NCBI RefSeq assembly: GCF_001598795.1
Contig: NZ_BCZP01000009.1
Location: 120,001-152,000, forward strand
Reading direction: 5' to 3'
Origin: Delftia acidovorans NBRC 14950
GTDB lineage: Bacteria; Pseudomonadota; Gammaproteobacteria; Burkholderiales; Burkholderiaceae_C
DNA: 32,000 nucleotides
In this document: one piece after another, positions 1 to 10,264 of the stretch
Numbering within the stretch: position 1 is the stretch's first letter
Layout of the letters: the number at the start of each line of letters is the position of its first letter
Translations under genes and position numbers: made by a program
Notes under the pieces: generated by a model
What the model was told of the DNA's origin: nothing
The model's input: only the letters and a program-made list of their open reading frames with translations
The model's database searches: none

Positions 1-471
1 GCGCAGTTTTTCCTGCTCGAACAGGCTGGCCAAGGCCTCGCGCTGGTGGGCGGGAAACTCCAGAACCCGCCAGGGGTGCAAGGCACCGTGGTCCGGAGCG
101 CATAGCGCCGCCTCGATCATCAGCTCCATGTCGCCATTGTCCGGACCCGGCATGGCCAGCCGCCTGGGCGAGACGGAGCGCCGCGCCAGCAGGGGCGCCA
201 GGCCCGCCCGCTTGCGCGTGTCGGCAAAGCAGTGCTTGAGTGCATCCACCGCCTGGGCGAACTGCCGGGCCCAGGCCAGCACCTGTTCACCCTCCAGCGT
301 GAACCCCTGGAAGGGCCGGCCCGCGCGCACCAGCGCGTGGCCGAACTCCGCCTCGGCCGAGCGTATGGCCTGGGCCAGCGCGTTGTCGGAGATGCCGCAG
401 GCCTGCGCTGCGCGCGCCCAGTCACGCTCGCGGTCCAGGGCCAGCAGATGGGGGATGTATTTTTGCGTCAA
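1..471 (-). CDS. LysR-type wHTH domain fused in frame to a YdjA-like nitroreductase domain (5' part only; the gene runs off the window start)
   Basis: The minus-strand frame is open from TTG at 471 to base 1, with GGAGA at 478-482, 6 nt upstream. My translation begins LTQKYIPHLLALDRERDWARAAQACGISDNALAQAIRSAEAEFGHALVRAGRPFQGFTLEGEQVLAWARQ, which fits the LysR HTH pattern. It continues RSVSPRRLAMPGPDNGDMELMIEAALCAPDHGALHPWRVLEF, which fits a YdjA-type nitroreductase N-terminus. It is absent from the ORF track because it is truncated by the window edge. Confidence 0.6.
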   Translation of the reverse strand, partial: MTQKYIPHLLALDRERDWARAAQACGISDNALAQAIRSAEAEFGHALVRAGRPFQGFTLEGEQVLAWARQFAQAVDALKHCFADTRKRAGLAPLLARRSVSPRRLAMPGPDNGDMELMIEAALCAPDHGALHPWRVLEFPAHQREALASLFEQEKLR

Positions 472-706
472 GTCGGTTCTCCAGCGCGGGCCTGTGCTCC
501 GTGTATGGCATCGTTATATCTGAAAGAATACAATGAAATACGTCATGCCAGCTTGAACCGGCGGCGGGCTGCGGTGGGCTGGCCGGGGGCGGGCGCACGC
601 GTGTGACAGGTGCATGGTGCCCTTGCCGAACTGCGGGATTGAACCGATTGCGCAGGCACCGGCACTACAATCCCCGGCCATGTTGCATGCCATCCGGAGC
701 CTATCC

Positions 707-1123
707 ATGCGGAGCGCCTTGCTGCTGCTCATCATGGTGGCGCAGCTGCTGATACCGCTGCTGCACAGCCATTTCGGCACTCCGAACCAGGCCGGCTTGC
801 ACATCCACGCGGCGCCGTCGCGGGTGGCCGACTCGCATTTCCACCTGTTCGTGGTCCACGGCTCCTTCACCGATGTGGATGAAGACCATGTCGAGCCTTT
901 CGAGGTCGATGTGCAGGACGCCATACAGCCGCTGGACCTGCTGCCCATGCCTTTGCTGGCCGTGGTCGGCCTGGTCTTGCTCACCCTGGGCCTGCGTGCC
1001 GCGCGCATGCGCTGCATTGCGCCCCGGCCCGCCCTGCCGCTGCAGCCCATGCGCCTGAGTCCGCGCTGGCGCGGGCGCGTGATACGGCCTTCTCCCGCCC
1101 AGGCACCGCCCCTGGCTTCCTGA
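707..1123 (+). CDS. hypothetical His-rich membrane-anchored or secreted protein at the head of the efflux operon
   Basis: Track ORF 614..1123. I prefer ATG 707, which has GGAG at 696-699 with a 7-nt spacer. This gives MRSALLLLIMVAQLLIPLLHSHFG (hydrophobic N-terminus) followed by H-rich HIHAAPSRVADSHFHLFVVHGSF and a second hydrophobic stretch LLPMPLLAVVGLVLLTLGL. Same strand as the adaptor gene and directly upstream of it. Confidence 0.4.
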   Translation: MRSALLLLIMVAQLLIPLLHSHFGTPNQAGLHIHAAPSRVADSHFHLFVVHGSFTDVDEDHVEPFEVDVQDAIQPLDLLPMPLLAVVGLVLLTLGLRAARMRCIAPRPALPLQPMRLSPRWRGRVIRPSPAQAPPLAS

Positions 1124-1225
1124 CCTCCCCGGCCTGGTCCACAGGCCCGCCTCAGTCCTTCTTCGCCCGCGCGCCGCGAACCGCCTGCGCGTGGACGGCG
1201 TTCGTCTTTTTTCCCGGAGTCAGGA

Positions 1226-2377
1226 ATGATGTTTTCCCCATGGCTGCTGGCCGGCGCACTTGCGCTGCCAGCCGTCGGCATGGCCGCCCAGGCCCAGGCC
1301 GCACCCGCAAGCCCGTCCAATCCCCCGTCCGCACCCACATCCGGATCTGCATCCACGCCCACATCCGTTGCCTTGTCCGCCGAACAGGCACAGGCGCTGG
1401 GCGTGCGTTTCGAACCCATTCAGGCGGCACAGCGCATCGAGGTCTCGGCCCACGCGCGCGTCGTGCTGCGGCCCGATGCCCAGGCCGTGGTGGCCGCCCC
1501 CTATGCAGGCGCGGTGCCGCGCGTGCTCGTGGCCCTGGGCCAGACGGTGCGCACCGGCCAGCCGGTGGCGGTGTTCACCAGTCCGCAGCTGTATGAGGCG
1601 CGGCGCGCGCTGCTGGAGGCCGAGTCCCAGTCGCGCCTGGCACGCCAGGCCCTGGCGCGCGACCAGGCGCTGCATGAGGACGGCATCATCGCCGCCAGCC
1701 GCTGGCAGGCCACCCAGGCCCGCGCCGCCGAGGCCGCGGCCATGGCCCAGGCGCGGCGCGCCGAACTGGCCGCCAGCGGCCTGCAGTTCGTGGGCAACGA
1801 GGTGCACCTGGTGGCGCCCCGCGCAGGCCTGGTGACCGAGGTGCTGGCGGTGCCGGGCGCGCGCGTGGAGGCCTCGGCGCCGCTGCTGCGCGTGGCCGAC
1901 CCCAAGGCGCTGGAACTGGACCTGCTGCTGGGCCGCGAGGTGCCGCTGCCCGGCGTGGGCGACCGCGTTCAGGTGGCGGCGCGCGGTGCGCAGGGCAAGG
2001 TGGCTGGCATGGCCCCGGTCGGTGATGGATCGGCCGGCATGCGGGTGCGCGTTGCGCTGGAACGCGCTGGCGACCTGCGCGTGGGCGAAAGCGTGACCGC
2101 GTCGCTGGCCCTGGCCGGTGCGGACGCCGGGCCTTCCGGCGGATCTGCCGGTGGCTCTGGCGGTGCACGCCTGCGCGTGCCCGCTGCGGCGCTGGCGCAT
2201 TGGAACAACCGCACCGGCGTCTTTGTCGCCACCGGGCAGGGCGCGCGCTTCATGCCGCTGTCCGTGGAGGCCAGCGACGAGGCCACGGCCGTGGTGCGCG
2301 GCACGCTGCCGCCCAAGGCGCGCATTGCCGTGACGGGCATTGCCGCGCTCAAGGGCCTGCTGGGCGGGGGTGAGTGA
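1226..2377 (+). CDS. efflux RND periplasmic adaptor subunit (MFP; CzcB/CusB-like)
   Basis: 383 aa with a signal-like N-terminus (MMFSPWLLAGALALPAVGMAAQA) and an Ala/Pro/Ser linker. Adaptor-like motifs are present (VAAPYAGAVPRVLVALGQTVRTGQPVAVF; LVAPRAGLVTEV..PGARVEASAPLLRVAD). GGAG at 1216-1219. The stop overlaps the GTG/ATG start of the RND gene (2374-2377). Confidence 0.85.
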   Translation: MMFSPWLLAGALALPAVGMAAQAQAAPASPSNPPSAPTSGSASTPTSVALSAEQAQALGVRFEPIQAAQRIEVSAHARVVLRPDAQAVVAAPYAGAVPRVLVALGQTVRTGQPVAVFTSPQLYEARRALLEAESQSRLARQALARDQALHEDGIIAASRWQATQARAAEAAAMAQARRAELAASGLQFVGNEVHLVAPRAGLVTEVLAVPGARVEASAPLLRVADPKALELDLLLGREVPLPGVGDRVQVAARGAQGKVAGMAPVGDGSAGMRVRVALERAGDLRVGESVTASLALAGADAGPSGGSAGGSGGARLRVPAAALAHWNNRTGVFVATGQGARFMPLSVEASDEATAVVRGTLPPKARIAVTGIAALKGLLGGGE

Positions 2378-5307
2378 TGCTGGCGCGTCTCATCGATTTT
2401 TCGCTGCGCCAGCGCGCGCTGGTGCTGATGGCCGCCTGCGCGCTGGCCCTGGCCGGTGCCTGGGCCTATGTGCACCTGCCCATCGATGCCTTCCCCGACA
2501 TCTCGCCCACCCAGGTCAAGGTGATCCTGAAGGTGCCCGGCATGACGCCCGAGGAGGTGGAGCAGCGTGTCTCCACGCCTGTCGAGCAGGAACTGCTGGG
2601 CCTGCCGCACAAGACCATGGTGCGCTCGGTGTCCAAGTACGGCATCAGCGACGTGACGGTGGATTTCAGCGAAGGCACGGACGTGTACTGGGCGCGCCAG
2701 CAAGTGTCCGAGCGGCTGGCCGGCCTGCAGCGCGACCTCCCCGCCACGGCCGAAGGCGGGCTTGCCCCCATCACCACGCCGCTGGGCGAGATGTTCATGT
2801 TCACCATCGACGGTGAGCAATGGTCTCTGGCCGAGCGCCGCCATGTGCTGGACTGGGTGATTCGCCCTGCGCTGCGCACCGTGGCCGGCGTGGCCGACGT
2901 GAATGCCCTGGGCGGCATGGTGCGCGGCTACGAGGTGATCCCCGACCCCGCCCGGCTGCGGGCGCGCGGCGTGACGCTGGACCAGCTGCGCCAGGCGCTG
3001 GAGGCCAACAACCGCAACGACGGCGCAGGCCGGCTGGACCGAGGGGAAGAGCACTGGGTGGTGCGCGTGGAAGGCGGCGTGCGCGGGCTGGACGACCTGC
3101 GCGCCATTGTCGTGGCGCCCGCCCATGAGGGGCTCGTTGCCGCCACCGTGGGCGATGTGGCCACCGTGCGCCTGGGCGAAGCCACGCGCAACGGCGCCGT
3201 CAGCCGCGACGGGCGTGGCGAAGCCGTGCAGGGCCTGGTGCTGGGACTGCGCGGGGTGGATGCGCGCAGTCTGGTGGACGCCGTGCAGGCGCGGCTGGAC
3301 GAACTGGCTCCCCGGCTGCCCAAGGGCATGAGCACCCAGGTCTTCTACAACCGGGGCGACCTGGTCTCGCGCGCGGCGGGCACCGTGGTGCGCGCCCTGG
3401 TCGAGGCCAGCGTGCTGGTGCTGGTCACGCTCTACCTGTTCCTGGGCGGGCTGCGTGCGGCCCTGGTGGTGGCGGCCACGCTGCCGCTGTCCATGCTGGC
3501 CACCTTCCTGCTGATCCGCCAGGCGGTCTCGGCGGTCTCCGTGCCCATGCTGGCCGGCGTGTCCATCATCGCCATCGTGTTCCTGCCGCTGCTCACGCTG
3601 CAGGGGCTGGAGGGCAAGCTGTTCGCGCCCGTGGCGCTGACCATCGTGCTGGCGCTGGGGGCCTCGGTACTCATCGCCTTCACCGTGGTGCCTGCGCTGG
3701 CCTCGCTGCTGCTGCGCTCGCATGGCGGCGATGAACCCTGGCTGATGCGGCGCGTGGCCCGGGGCTTTGAGCGGATGCAGCGCTGGAGCCTGGCCCACCG
3801 GCCTGCGGTCTTCGGCATTGCCGGGGCATCGCTGGCCGGGGCGGCCGTGCTCTACCTGTCCGTGGGCAAGACCTTCATGCCCACCATGGATGAGGGCGAC
3901 ATGATCGTGCAGCTGCAAAAGACGCCCTCCATCTCGCTGGCCGCTTCGCTGGACATGGACGGGCGCGTGCAGCGCGCGCTGCTGGAGCAGGTGCCCGAGA
4001 TCCGCTCCATCGTCGCGCGCACGGGCTCGGACGATCTGGGCCTGGACCCCATGGGCCTGAACGAGACCGATACCTTTCTGGTGCTGCGTCCGCGCGACGA
4101 GTGGCGCGGCAGCAAGGAAGACATCGCCGAGGCCATACGCCACGTCATGCAGGGCTTTCCGGGGCTCATCTACGGCTTCACCCAGCCCATAGAAATGCGC
4201 GTCTCCGAAATGCTGACCGGCACGCGCGGCGACGTGGCCATCAAGATCTTCGATCCCGACCTGGCGCGGCTGGACACTGCCGCCCAGGCCGTGGCCGCGC
4301 GCATGCGCGCGGTGGCCGGGGCCTCCGAAGTCATCGCGCCCAGCAACAGCGGCGTGCAATACCTGCAGGTGGCGCTCAACCGCGCGGCGCTGGGCCAGTC
4401 CGGGCTCAGCGGCGATGGCCTGCAGGCGCAACTGCGCGCCCTGGTGGAAGGCGAGCGCATTGGCATCGTGCCCGAAGGCGTGGCGCGCACGCCGCTCATC
4501 CTGCGCGGCGGGGCGGCGCTGCGCCAGTCGCCCGAAGGCCTGGCCGGGCTGCTGGTGACGGCGGCGGACGGCAGCAACTGGCCATTGACCTCCCTGGCCA
4601 CGCTGGCGGCCCGCGACGGCCCCGTGCGCGTGGACCACGAAAACGGCGCACGCTTCGCCGTGGTGCAGGTCAACGTCGAAGGGCGCGACCTGGCCAGCTT
4701 TGTGCGAGATGCCCAGGCGGCCGTCGCCGGTGATGCCGGCCTCAAGGACATGCGCATCGTCTGGGGCGGCCAGTTCGAGAACCAGCAGCGCGCCGCCGCA
4801 CGGCTGGCGCTGGTGGTACCGCTGGCGCTGAGCGCCATCTTCGTGCTGCTGGTGCTGACCTTCCGCTCGCCCAGACAGGCGCTGCTGGTCATTGCCAACA
4901 TCCCGTTCGCGCTGGTGGGCGGCATGGCCGCGCTGAGTGCTGCGGGCGAGTACCTGTCGGTGCCTGCCTCCGTGGGCTTCATCGCGCTGCTGGGCATTGC
5001 GGTGCTCAACGGCGTGGTCCTGGTCTCTCACTTCAACAACCTGCTGGCTGCGGGCCAGCCCCTGTCCCAGGTGGTGCGGCACGGCGTGCGCGACCGGCTG
5101 CGGCCCGTGCTGATGACGGCCTGCATCACCGCGCTGGGCATGGTGCCGCTGCTGCTGGCCAGCGGGCCGGGCTCGGAGATCCAGCGGCCGCTGGCCATCG
5201 TGGTGGCGGGCGGGCTGGTCAGTTCTACGGCGCTGACCCTGCTTCTGCTGCCCTTGCTGTTCGAGCGCTTCGGCCTGCCGCGGCGTGAGCGGGAGGCCCG
5301 GTCATGA
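2374..5307 (+). CDS. heavy-metal-efflux type RND transporter (CzcA/CusA family), apparently lacking the TM4 segment
   Basis: 977 aa. The N-terminus LIDFSLRQRALVLMAACALALAGAWAYVHLPIDAFPDISPTQVKV and the C-terminal RDRLRPVLMTACITALGMVPLLLASGPGSEIQRPLAIVVAGGLVSSTALTLLLLPLL are typical CzcA/CusA. The conserved DFG-DGA-VEN TM4 block is not found anywhere in the translation (see finding). Confidence 0.9.
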   Translation: MMLARLIDFSLRQRALVLMAACALALAGAWAYVHLPIDAFPDISPTQVKVILKVPGMTPEEVEQRVSTPVEQELLGLPHKTMVRSVSKYGISDVTVDFSEGTDVYWARQQVSERLAGLQRDLPATAEGGLAPITTPLGEMFMFTIDGEQWSLAERRHVLDWVIRPALRTVAGVADVNALGGMVRGYEVIPDPARLRARGVTLDQLRQALEANNRNDGAGRLDRGEEHWVVRVEGGVRGLDDLRAIVVAPAHEGLVAATVGDVATVRLGEATRNGAVSRDGRGEAVQGLVLGLRGVDARSLVDAVQARLDELAPRLPKGMSTQVFYNRGDLVSRAAGTVVRALVEASVLVLVTLYLFLGGLRAALVVAATLPLSMLATFLLIRQAVSAVSVPMLAGVSIIAIVFLPLLTLQGLEGKLFAPVALTIVLALGASVLIAFTVVPALASLLLRSHGGDEPWLMRRVARGFERMQRWSLAHRPAVFGIAGASLAGAAVLYLSVGKTFMPTMDEGDMIVQLQKTPSISLAASLDMDGRVQRALLEQVPEIRSIVARTGSDDLGLDPMGLNETDTFLVLRPRDEWRGSKEDIAEAIRHVMQGFPGLIYGFTQPIEMRVSEMLTGTRGDVAIKIFDPDLARLDTAAQAVAARMRAVAGASEVIAPSNSGVQYLQVALNRAALGQSGLSGDGLQAQLRALVEGERIGIVPEGVARTPLILRGGAALRQSPEGLAGLLVTAADGSNWPLTSLATLAARDGPVRVDHENGARFAVVQVNVEGRDLASFVRDAQAAVAGDAGLKDMRIVWGGQFENQQRAAARLALVVPLALSAIFVLLVLTFRSPRQALLVIANIPFALVGGMAALSAAGEYLSVPASVGFIALLGIAVLNGVVLVSHFNNLLAAGQPLSQVVRHGVRDRLRPVLMTACITALGMVPLLLASGPGSEIQRPLAIVVAGGLVSSTALTLLLLPLLFERFGLPRREREARS

Positions 5308-6644
5308 GCACCACCCACACCACCACCACCTCTCCCCACTGCAGGGCGCAAGGCCTTGCCGGACTCTCTTTCAGGAACATGCCCATGAAACCCCTGCTGC
5401 ATGCCTGGGCCGCTGCCTTGCTGTGTGCCTGCGCTGTCCAGGCCCAGGCCCAAAGCCATCTGCCGCCCGAGGCCGCCGTGCGCGAGGCCGTGGCCCGCTC
5501 TCCTGCCGTGCAGGCGGCCGATGCCGCGCAACGCGGCGCTGCGGCGCGCGCCCAGGCCCTGCGCGCCGGCCCGCATGAAACCGTGGTGCGTGCCAGCGGC
5601 CAGCGCCGCTGGGTGCACGACGGCTCGGGCCAGCGCTTTACCGAAGGGCAGATCGCCATCGAGCGCCCCCTGCGCCTGGGTGGCAAGGCCGAGTCCGATG
5701 CGCAGCTTGCCGAAGCGGCCCAGGCCGCATCGCGCGTGGCGGCCCAGGATGTGCGGCACGAAGCCGCACGCCAGTTGCTGGCGCTGTGGTTTGCCGCACA
5801 GCGCGCAGGCCAGGCGCAGCAGACCGCCCGGGACAATGCCGACGCTGCCGCCGAACTGGCCCGCGTCACCGAACGCCGGCTGCGCGCAGGCGATGCGGCC
5901 AGGCTGGACGCTGAACTGGCCGCAGCCGAGCACGCGCGCATGCAGGCCGCGCTGGCAACGGCCCAGGCCGCGCACCAGGCGGCCCAGGCGGACCTGCAGG
6001 CGCGCTTTCCGTGCCTGGAGGCTGCCCGGGCGAAGGAGGGGGAGGCTGCGCCACCGCTGCTGGATCTGCCACCGCTGCCGCAGCAGCCACCGGCCCAGCT
6101 GCGCCTGCGCTACATAGAGCACAGCCACGAGTACCTGCTGGCCCAGGCCGAGGAAACCCTGGCACTGCGCCAGGCCCGCCGTGCCGACCTGGAACGCCGG
6201 CCCGACCCCACCGTGGGCGTGTTCGCCACCAGCGAGCGGGGCGGCAGCGAGCGCATTGCGGGCGTCAGCCTGTCCGTGCCCCTGGGCTCGGTGCACCGCC
6301 AGGCCCAGGCCGACCAGGCCCTGGCCGATGCCGACGCCGCGCTGTCCCGCCGCCTGGCGGCCGAGCGCCGCCTGGGCGCGGAGTTCGACGTTCTCTGGAG
6401 CCTGCTGGCCGGCAAGCGCGCCGCCGCCCAGGCCCAGGCCCGCGCCGCCACGCTGCAGCAGGGCGCCGCCGACCGCGCACTGCGCGCCTACCGCGCCGGT
6501 GAGTCGGGCCTGACCGAACTGCTGGCCGTGCGCCGCACCCTGGCCGAAGCGCTGCTGGCCGAACGCCTGGCCCGCAGCGAGGCGCTGGAGGGCGACAGCC
6601 GCCTGCGGCTGGATCTGCATGAGCTGTGGGATTTTGATGACTGA
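5304..6644 (+). CDS. outer membrane efflux protein (TolC/CzcC family outer-membrane factor)
   Basis: 446-aa ORF whose ATG overlaps the RND stop as ATGA (5304-5307). A signal peptide, MKPLLHAWAAALLCACAVQAQA, begins at ATG 5385 (AGGA at 5373-5376), so the true start may be 5385. The rest is Ala/Leu/Arg/Gln-rich repeated helical sequence typical of outer-membrane factors. Confidence 0.8.
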   Translation: MSTTHTTTTSPHCRAQGLAGLSFRNMPMKPLLHAWAAALLCACAVQAQAQSHLPPEAAVREAVARSPAVQAADAAQRGAAARAQALRAGPHETVVRASGQRRWVHDGSGQRFTEGQIAIERPLRLGGKAESDAQLAEAAQAASRVAAQDVRHEAARQLLALWFAAQRAGQAQQTARDNADAAAELARVTERRLRAGDAARLDAELAAAEHARMQAALATAQAAHQAAQADLQARFPCLEAARAKEGEAAPPLLDLPPLPQQPPAQLRLRYIEHSHEYLLAQAEETLALRQARRADLERRPDPTVGVFATSERGGSERIAGVSLSVPLGSVHRQAQADQALADADAALSRRLAAERRLGAEFDVLWSLLAGKRAAAQAQARAATLQQGAADRALRAYRAGESGLTELLAVRRTLAEALLAERLARSEALEGDSRLRLDLHELWDFDD

Positions 6645-6673
6645 GTGGGCGAGCAGAAGCCGCTGCGGATTTC

Positions 6674-7576
6674 TCAGGCAACTCCAGACTTGCTCTGCGC
6701 TTGGCCCAGCGTCGCAATCAACTGCCCGTACATGGCATCCACGGCCGCCGAGCCCTGCGAGGCCTTGCTGCGCAGGGCCGACACTTCCATGGACACCAGC
6801 GGCGGCAGCTCGAAGCCGGCCGGCAGGTTCTGCAGCACCTGCAGGTGCGGGGGCACGCTGCAGCGCGTGAACACGGCCACGGCCAGGCCGCTTTCCACGG
6901 CGGCCAACTGGCCGGCAAGGCTGGAGCTGTGATAGACCACGCGGTGCGCGCGCCGCTGGGCCGCAAGGCTGGACAGCGCGGCCGTGCGGGCCAGGCTGGC
7001 GGCCTCGTAGACGGCAATCGGCAGGGGATTCTTCCTCCACACCTCGTGCTGCGGCGCGCCCACCCAGACCAGGGGCTCGTGGAACAGCAGGCGCCCACGC
7101 TGGGGCCTGTCGCGCGAGACCAGGGCCAGGTCCAGCGTGCCGCGCACCACCTGCGGGATGAGTGCAGTGGACTGCTCGCAGGTCAGCTCGATCTCCACGC
7201 CCTGGTAGCGGCCTGCAAAGCTGCGCAGTACGGGCGTCAGATAGGTGGATGCGTAGTCGTCCGGCACGCCCAGCCGCACGCGCCCGGACAGGTCGGGGCC
7301 GAACAGGGCCGCCTGCGCCTGGGCCTGCAGCTCCAGCATGCGCCGCGCATAGCCCAGCAGCTCGGCGCCTGCGGGCGTGAGCTGCAGATGGCGCGGGCCG
7401 CGCAGCAACACGGGTTGGCCCAGGGCGGTCTCCAGCTTCTTGATCTGCATGCTCACGGCGGCCTGTGATCGGTGCAGCAGCGGCGCGGCAGCCGAGAGCG
7501 AGCCCGCATCCACCACGGCCACCAGGGCACGCAGCCAGTCGATCTGCAGGTCGGGGTGGTTCACGGCACGCTCCAT
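6674..7576 (-). CDS. LysR family transcriptional regulator
   Basis: 300 aa. N-terminal wHTH IDWLRALVAVVDAGSLSAAAPLLHRSQAAVSMQIKKLETALGQPVLLRGPRHLQLTPAGAELL, followed by a LysR substrate-binding-like C-terminus. Divergent from the DMT transporter gene. Confidence 0.9.
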   Translation of the reverse strand: MERAVNHPDLQIDWLRALVAVVDAGSLSAAAPLLHRSQAAVSMQIKKLETALGQPVLLRGPRHLQLTPAGAELLGYARRMLELQAQAQAALFGPDLSGRVRLGVPDDYASTYLTPVLRSFAGRYQGVEIELTCEQSTALIPQVVRGTLDLALVSRDRPQRGRLLFHEPLVWVGAPQHEVWRKNPLPIAVYEAASLARTAALSSLAAQRRAHRVVYHSSSLAGQLAAVESGLAVAVFTRCSVPPHLQVLQNLPAGFELPPLVSMEVSALRSKASQGSAAVDAMYGQLIATLGQAQSKSGVA

Positions 7577-7578
7577 TG

Positions 7579-7593
7579 ATTCGAATATCGAAT
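7579..7593. promoter_or_regulatory. perfect palindrome ATTCGAATATCGAAT (contains T-N11-A), candidate LysR box in the divergent intergenic region
   Basis: Half sites are ATTCGA / TCGAAT separated by 3 nt. The site lies 3 nt upstream of the LysR start codon and 58 nt upstream of the DMT gene start. LysR regulators classically bind T-N11-A dyads in such divergent promoters. Confidence 0.4.
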
Positions 7594-7651
7594 ACTAAAC
7601 CTGCAAACTATTTGCTTTACGAGAATTTCCTGCCACGAGACGATCGCGGCC

Positions 7652-8590
7652 ATGCAAGACAGAACCCATTCCTTACAGGCCGCATCCGTAGCCTCCGCCA
7701 CGCCCGCACAAGCCGCTCCCACAGCGCAGGAGACACGCGGCCAGTGGCTGATGATCGCGGGCGGCGTGCTGCTGGGCACCGTGGGCGTATTTGTGGAAGA
7801 GGCCCGCCAGCACCCGTTGGTCACCGTGCTGTTTCGCTGCGTCTTCGGCGCGCTGGCGCTGCTGGCCTGGGGCCTGGCCACGGGCCGCGTGCGGGAGCTG
7901 CGCGTGCGCGGCAGAAGCTGGGCGGTGGTGGTGGCCACGGGCCTCCTCATGGTGCTGAACTGGGCGCTGTTCTTTGCCGCCATACCGCGCACCTCCATGG
8001 GCGTAGCCACCATCGTGTTCCACATCCAGCCGGTGTGGATCATGCTGTTCGGCACCCTGGTGCTGCGCGAGGCCGTGGCACCACGGCAGGTGGCGGCCGT
8101 GCTGGCGGCGTTGCTAGGACTGGTGTTGACCACGGGGCTGCTGGGTGGCGATGCGGCGGCCTGGGGGCCGGACCATGTGTCCGGACTGCTCATGTGCTTG
8201 GCCGGCTCGCTGTGCTATGCGGCCGTGACCATCCTGGCCAAGACCGAGAAAGTGGTCACGCCGTTTGCGCTGGCCTGGTGGCAGTGCGCGGTCGGCACCG
8301 TGCTGCTGCTGTGGGTGCCGCTGGTTCATGGCTGGCCGCAGGCGCCGTCGTCCTGGGCGTGGCTGGCAGGGCTGGGCGTGCTGCACACCGGCCTGGCCTA
8401 TGCCATCCTTTTTGCGGGCATGGCGCGCCTCACGCTGGGCCGCATCGCCGTGCTGCAGTACGTCTATCCGCTGACGGCCATCGTGCTGGACTGGGTGGTC
8501 TACGGGCGCGCGCTGGGCGCCGTGCAACTGGCCGGCGTAGGCCTGATGGCCGGGGCGCTGCTGGTGGTCAAGGCCCGCCAGCTGCGATGA
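7652..8590 (+). CDS. DMT superfamily (EamA-like) transporter
   Basis: 312 aa and highly hydrophobic, with about 10 predicted TM segments in two halves (..LMVLNWALFFAAIPRTSMGVATIVFHIQPVWIMLFG.. and ..LHTGLAYAILFAGMARLTLGRIAVLQYVYPLTAIVLDWVVYG..). This is typical of the EamA repeat. Confidence 0.85.
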   Translation: MQDRTHSLQAASVASATPAQAAPTAQETRGQWLMIAGGVLLGTVGVFVEEARQHPLVTVLFRCVFGALALLAWGLATGRVRELRVRGRSWAVVVATGLLMVLNWALFFAAIPRTSMGVATIVFHIQPVWIMLFGTLVLREAVAPRQVAAVLAALLGLVLTTGLLGGDAAAWGPDHVSGLLMCLAGSLCYAAVTILAKTEKVVTPFALAWWQCAVGTVLLLWVPLVHGWPQAPSSWAWLAGLGVLHTGLAYAILFAGMARLTLGRIAVLQYVYPLTAIVLDWVVYGRALGAVQLAGVGLMAGALLVVKARQLR

Positions 8591-8597
8591 GCCGTGC

Positions 8598-8614
8598 GGG
8601 CCCTGGCGCAGGGC

Positions 8615-8616
<2 letters not shown>
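8598..8616. terminator. GC hairpin between convergent DMT and asdA genes (possible bidirectional terminator)
   Basis: GGGCCCTG-gcg-CAGGGCCT: a 7 bp stem plus a G.T wobble with a 3-nt loop, sitting between the two stop codons. There is no clear U-tract, hence the low confidence. Confidence 0.3.

Positions 8617-10264
<1,648 letters not shown>

Noticed and set aside
514-1419. 301-aa minus-strand ORF (and nested 1152..1430, 1220..2200)
   Set aside because: It overlaps the His-rich ORF and the adaptor start in antisense. The Arg/Gly/Ala-rich translation lacks motifs, and the intergenic promoter region would fall inside it.
1969-5082. 1037-aa minus-strand ORF
   Set aside because: It is entirely antisense to the well-supported adaptor and RND genes. 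The translation is dominated by Arg/Gly/His/Gln/Ala with no recognisable motifs, as expected of a shadow ORF in high-GC DNA.
5028-7040. 670-aa minus-strand ORF
   Set aside because: It is antisense to the outer-membrane factor gene and out of frame over the LysR gene. It has low-complexity Arg/Gly/Ala/Gln composition and is a GC-driven shadow ORF.
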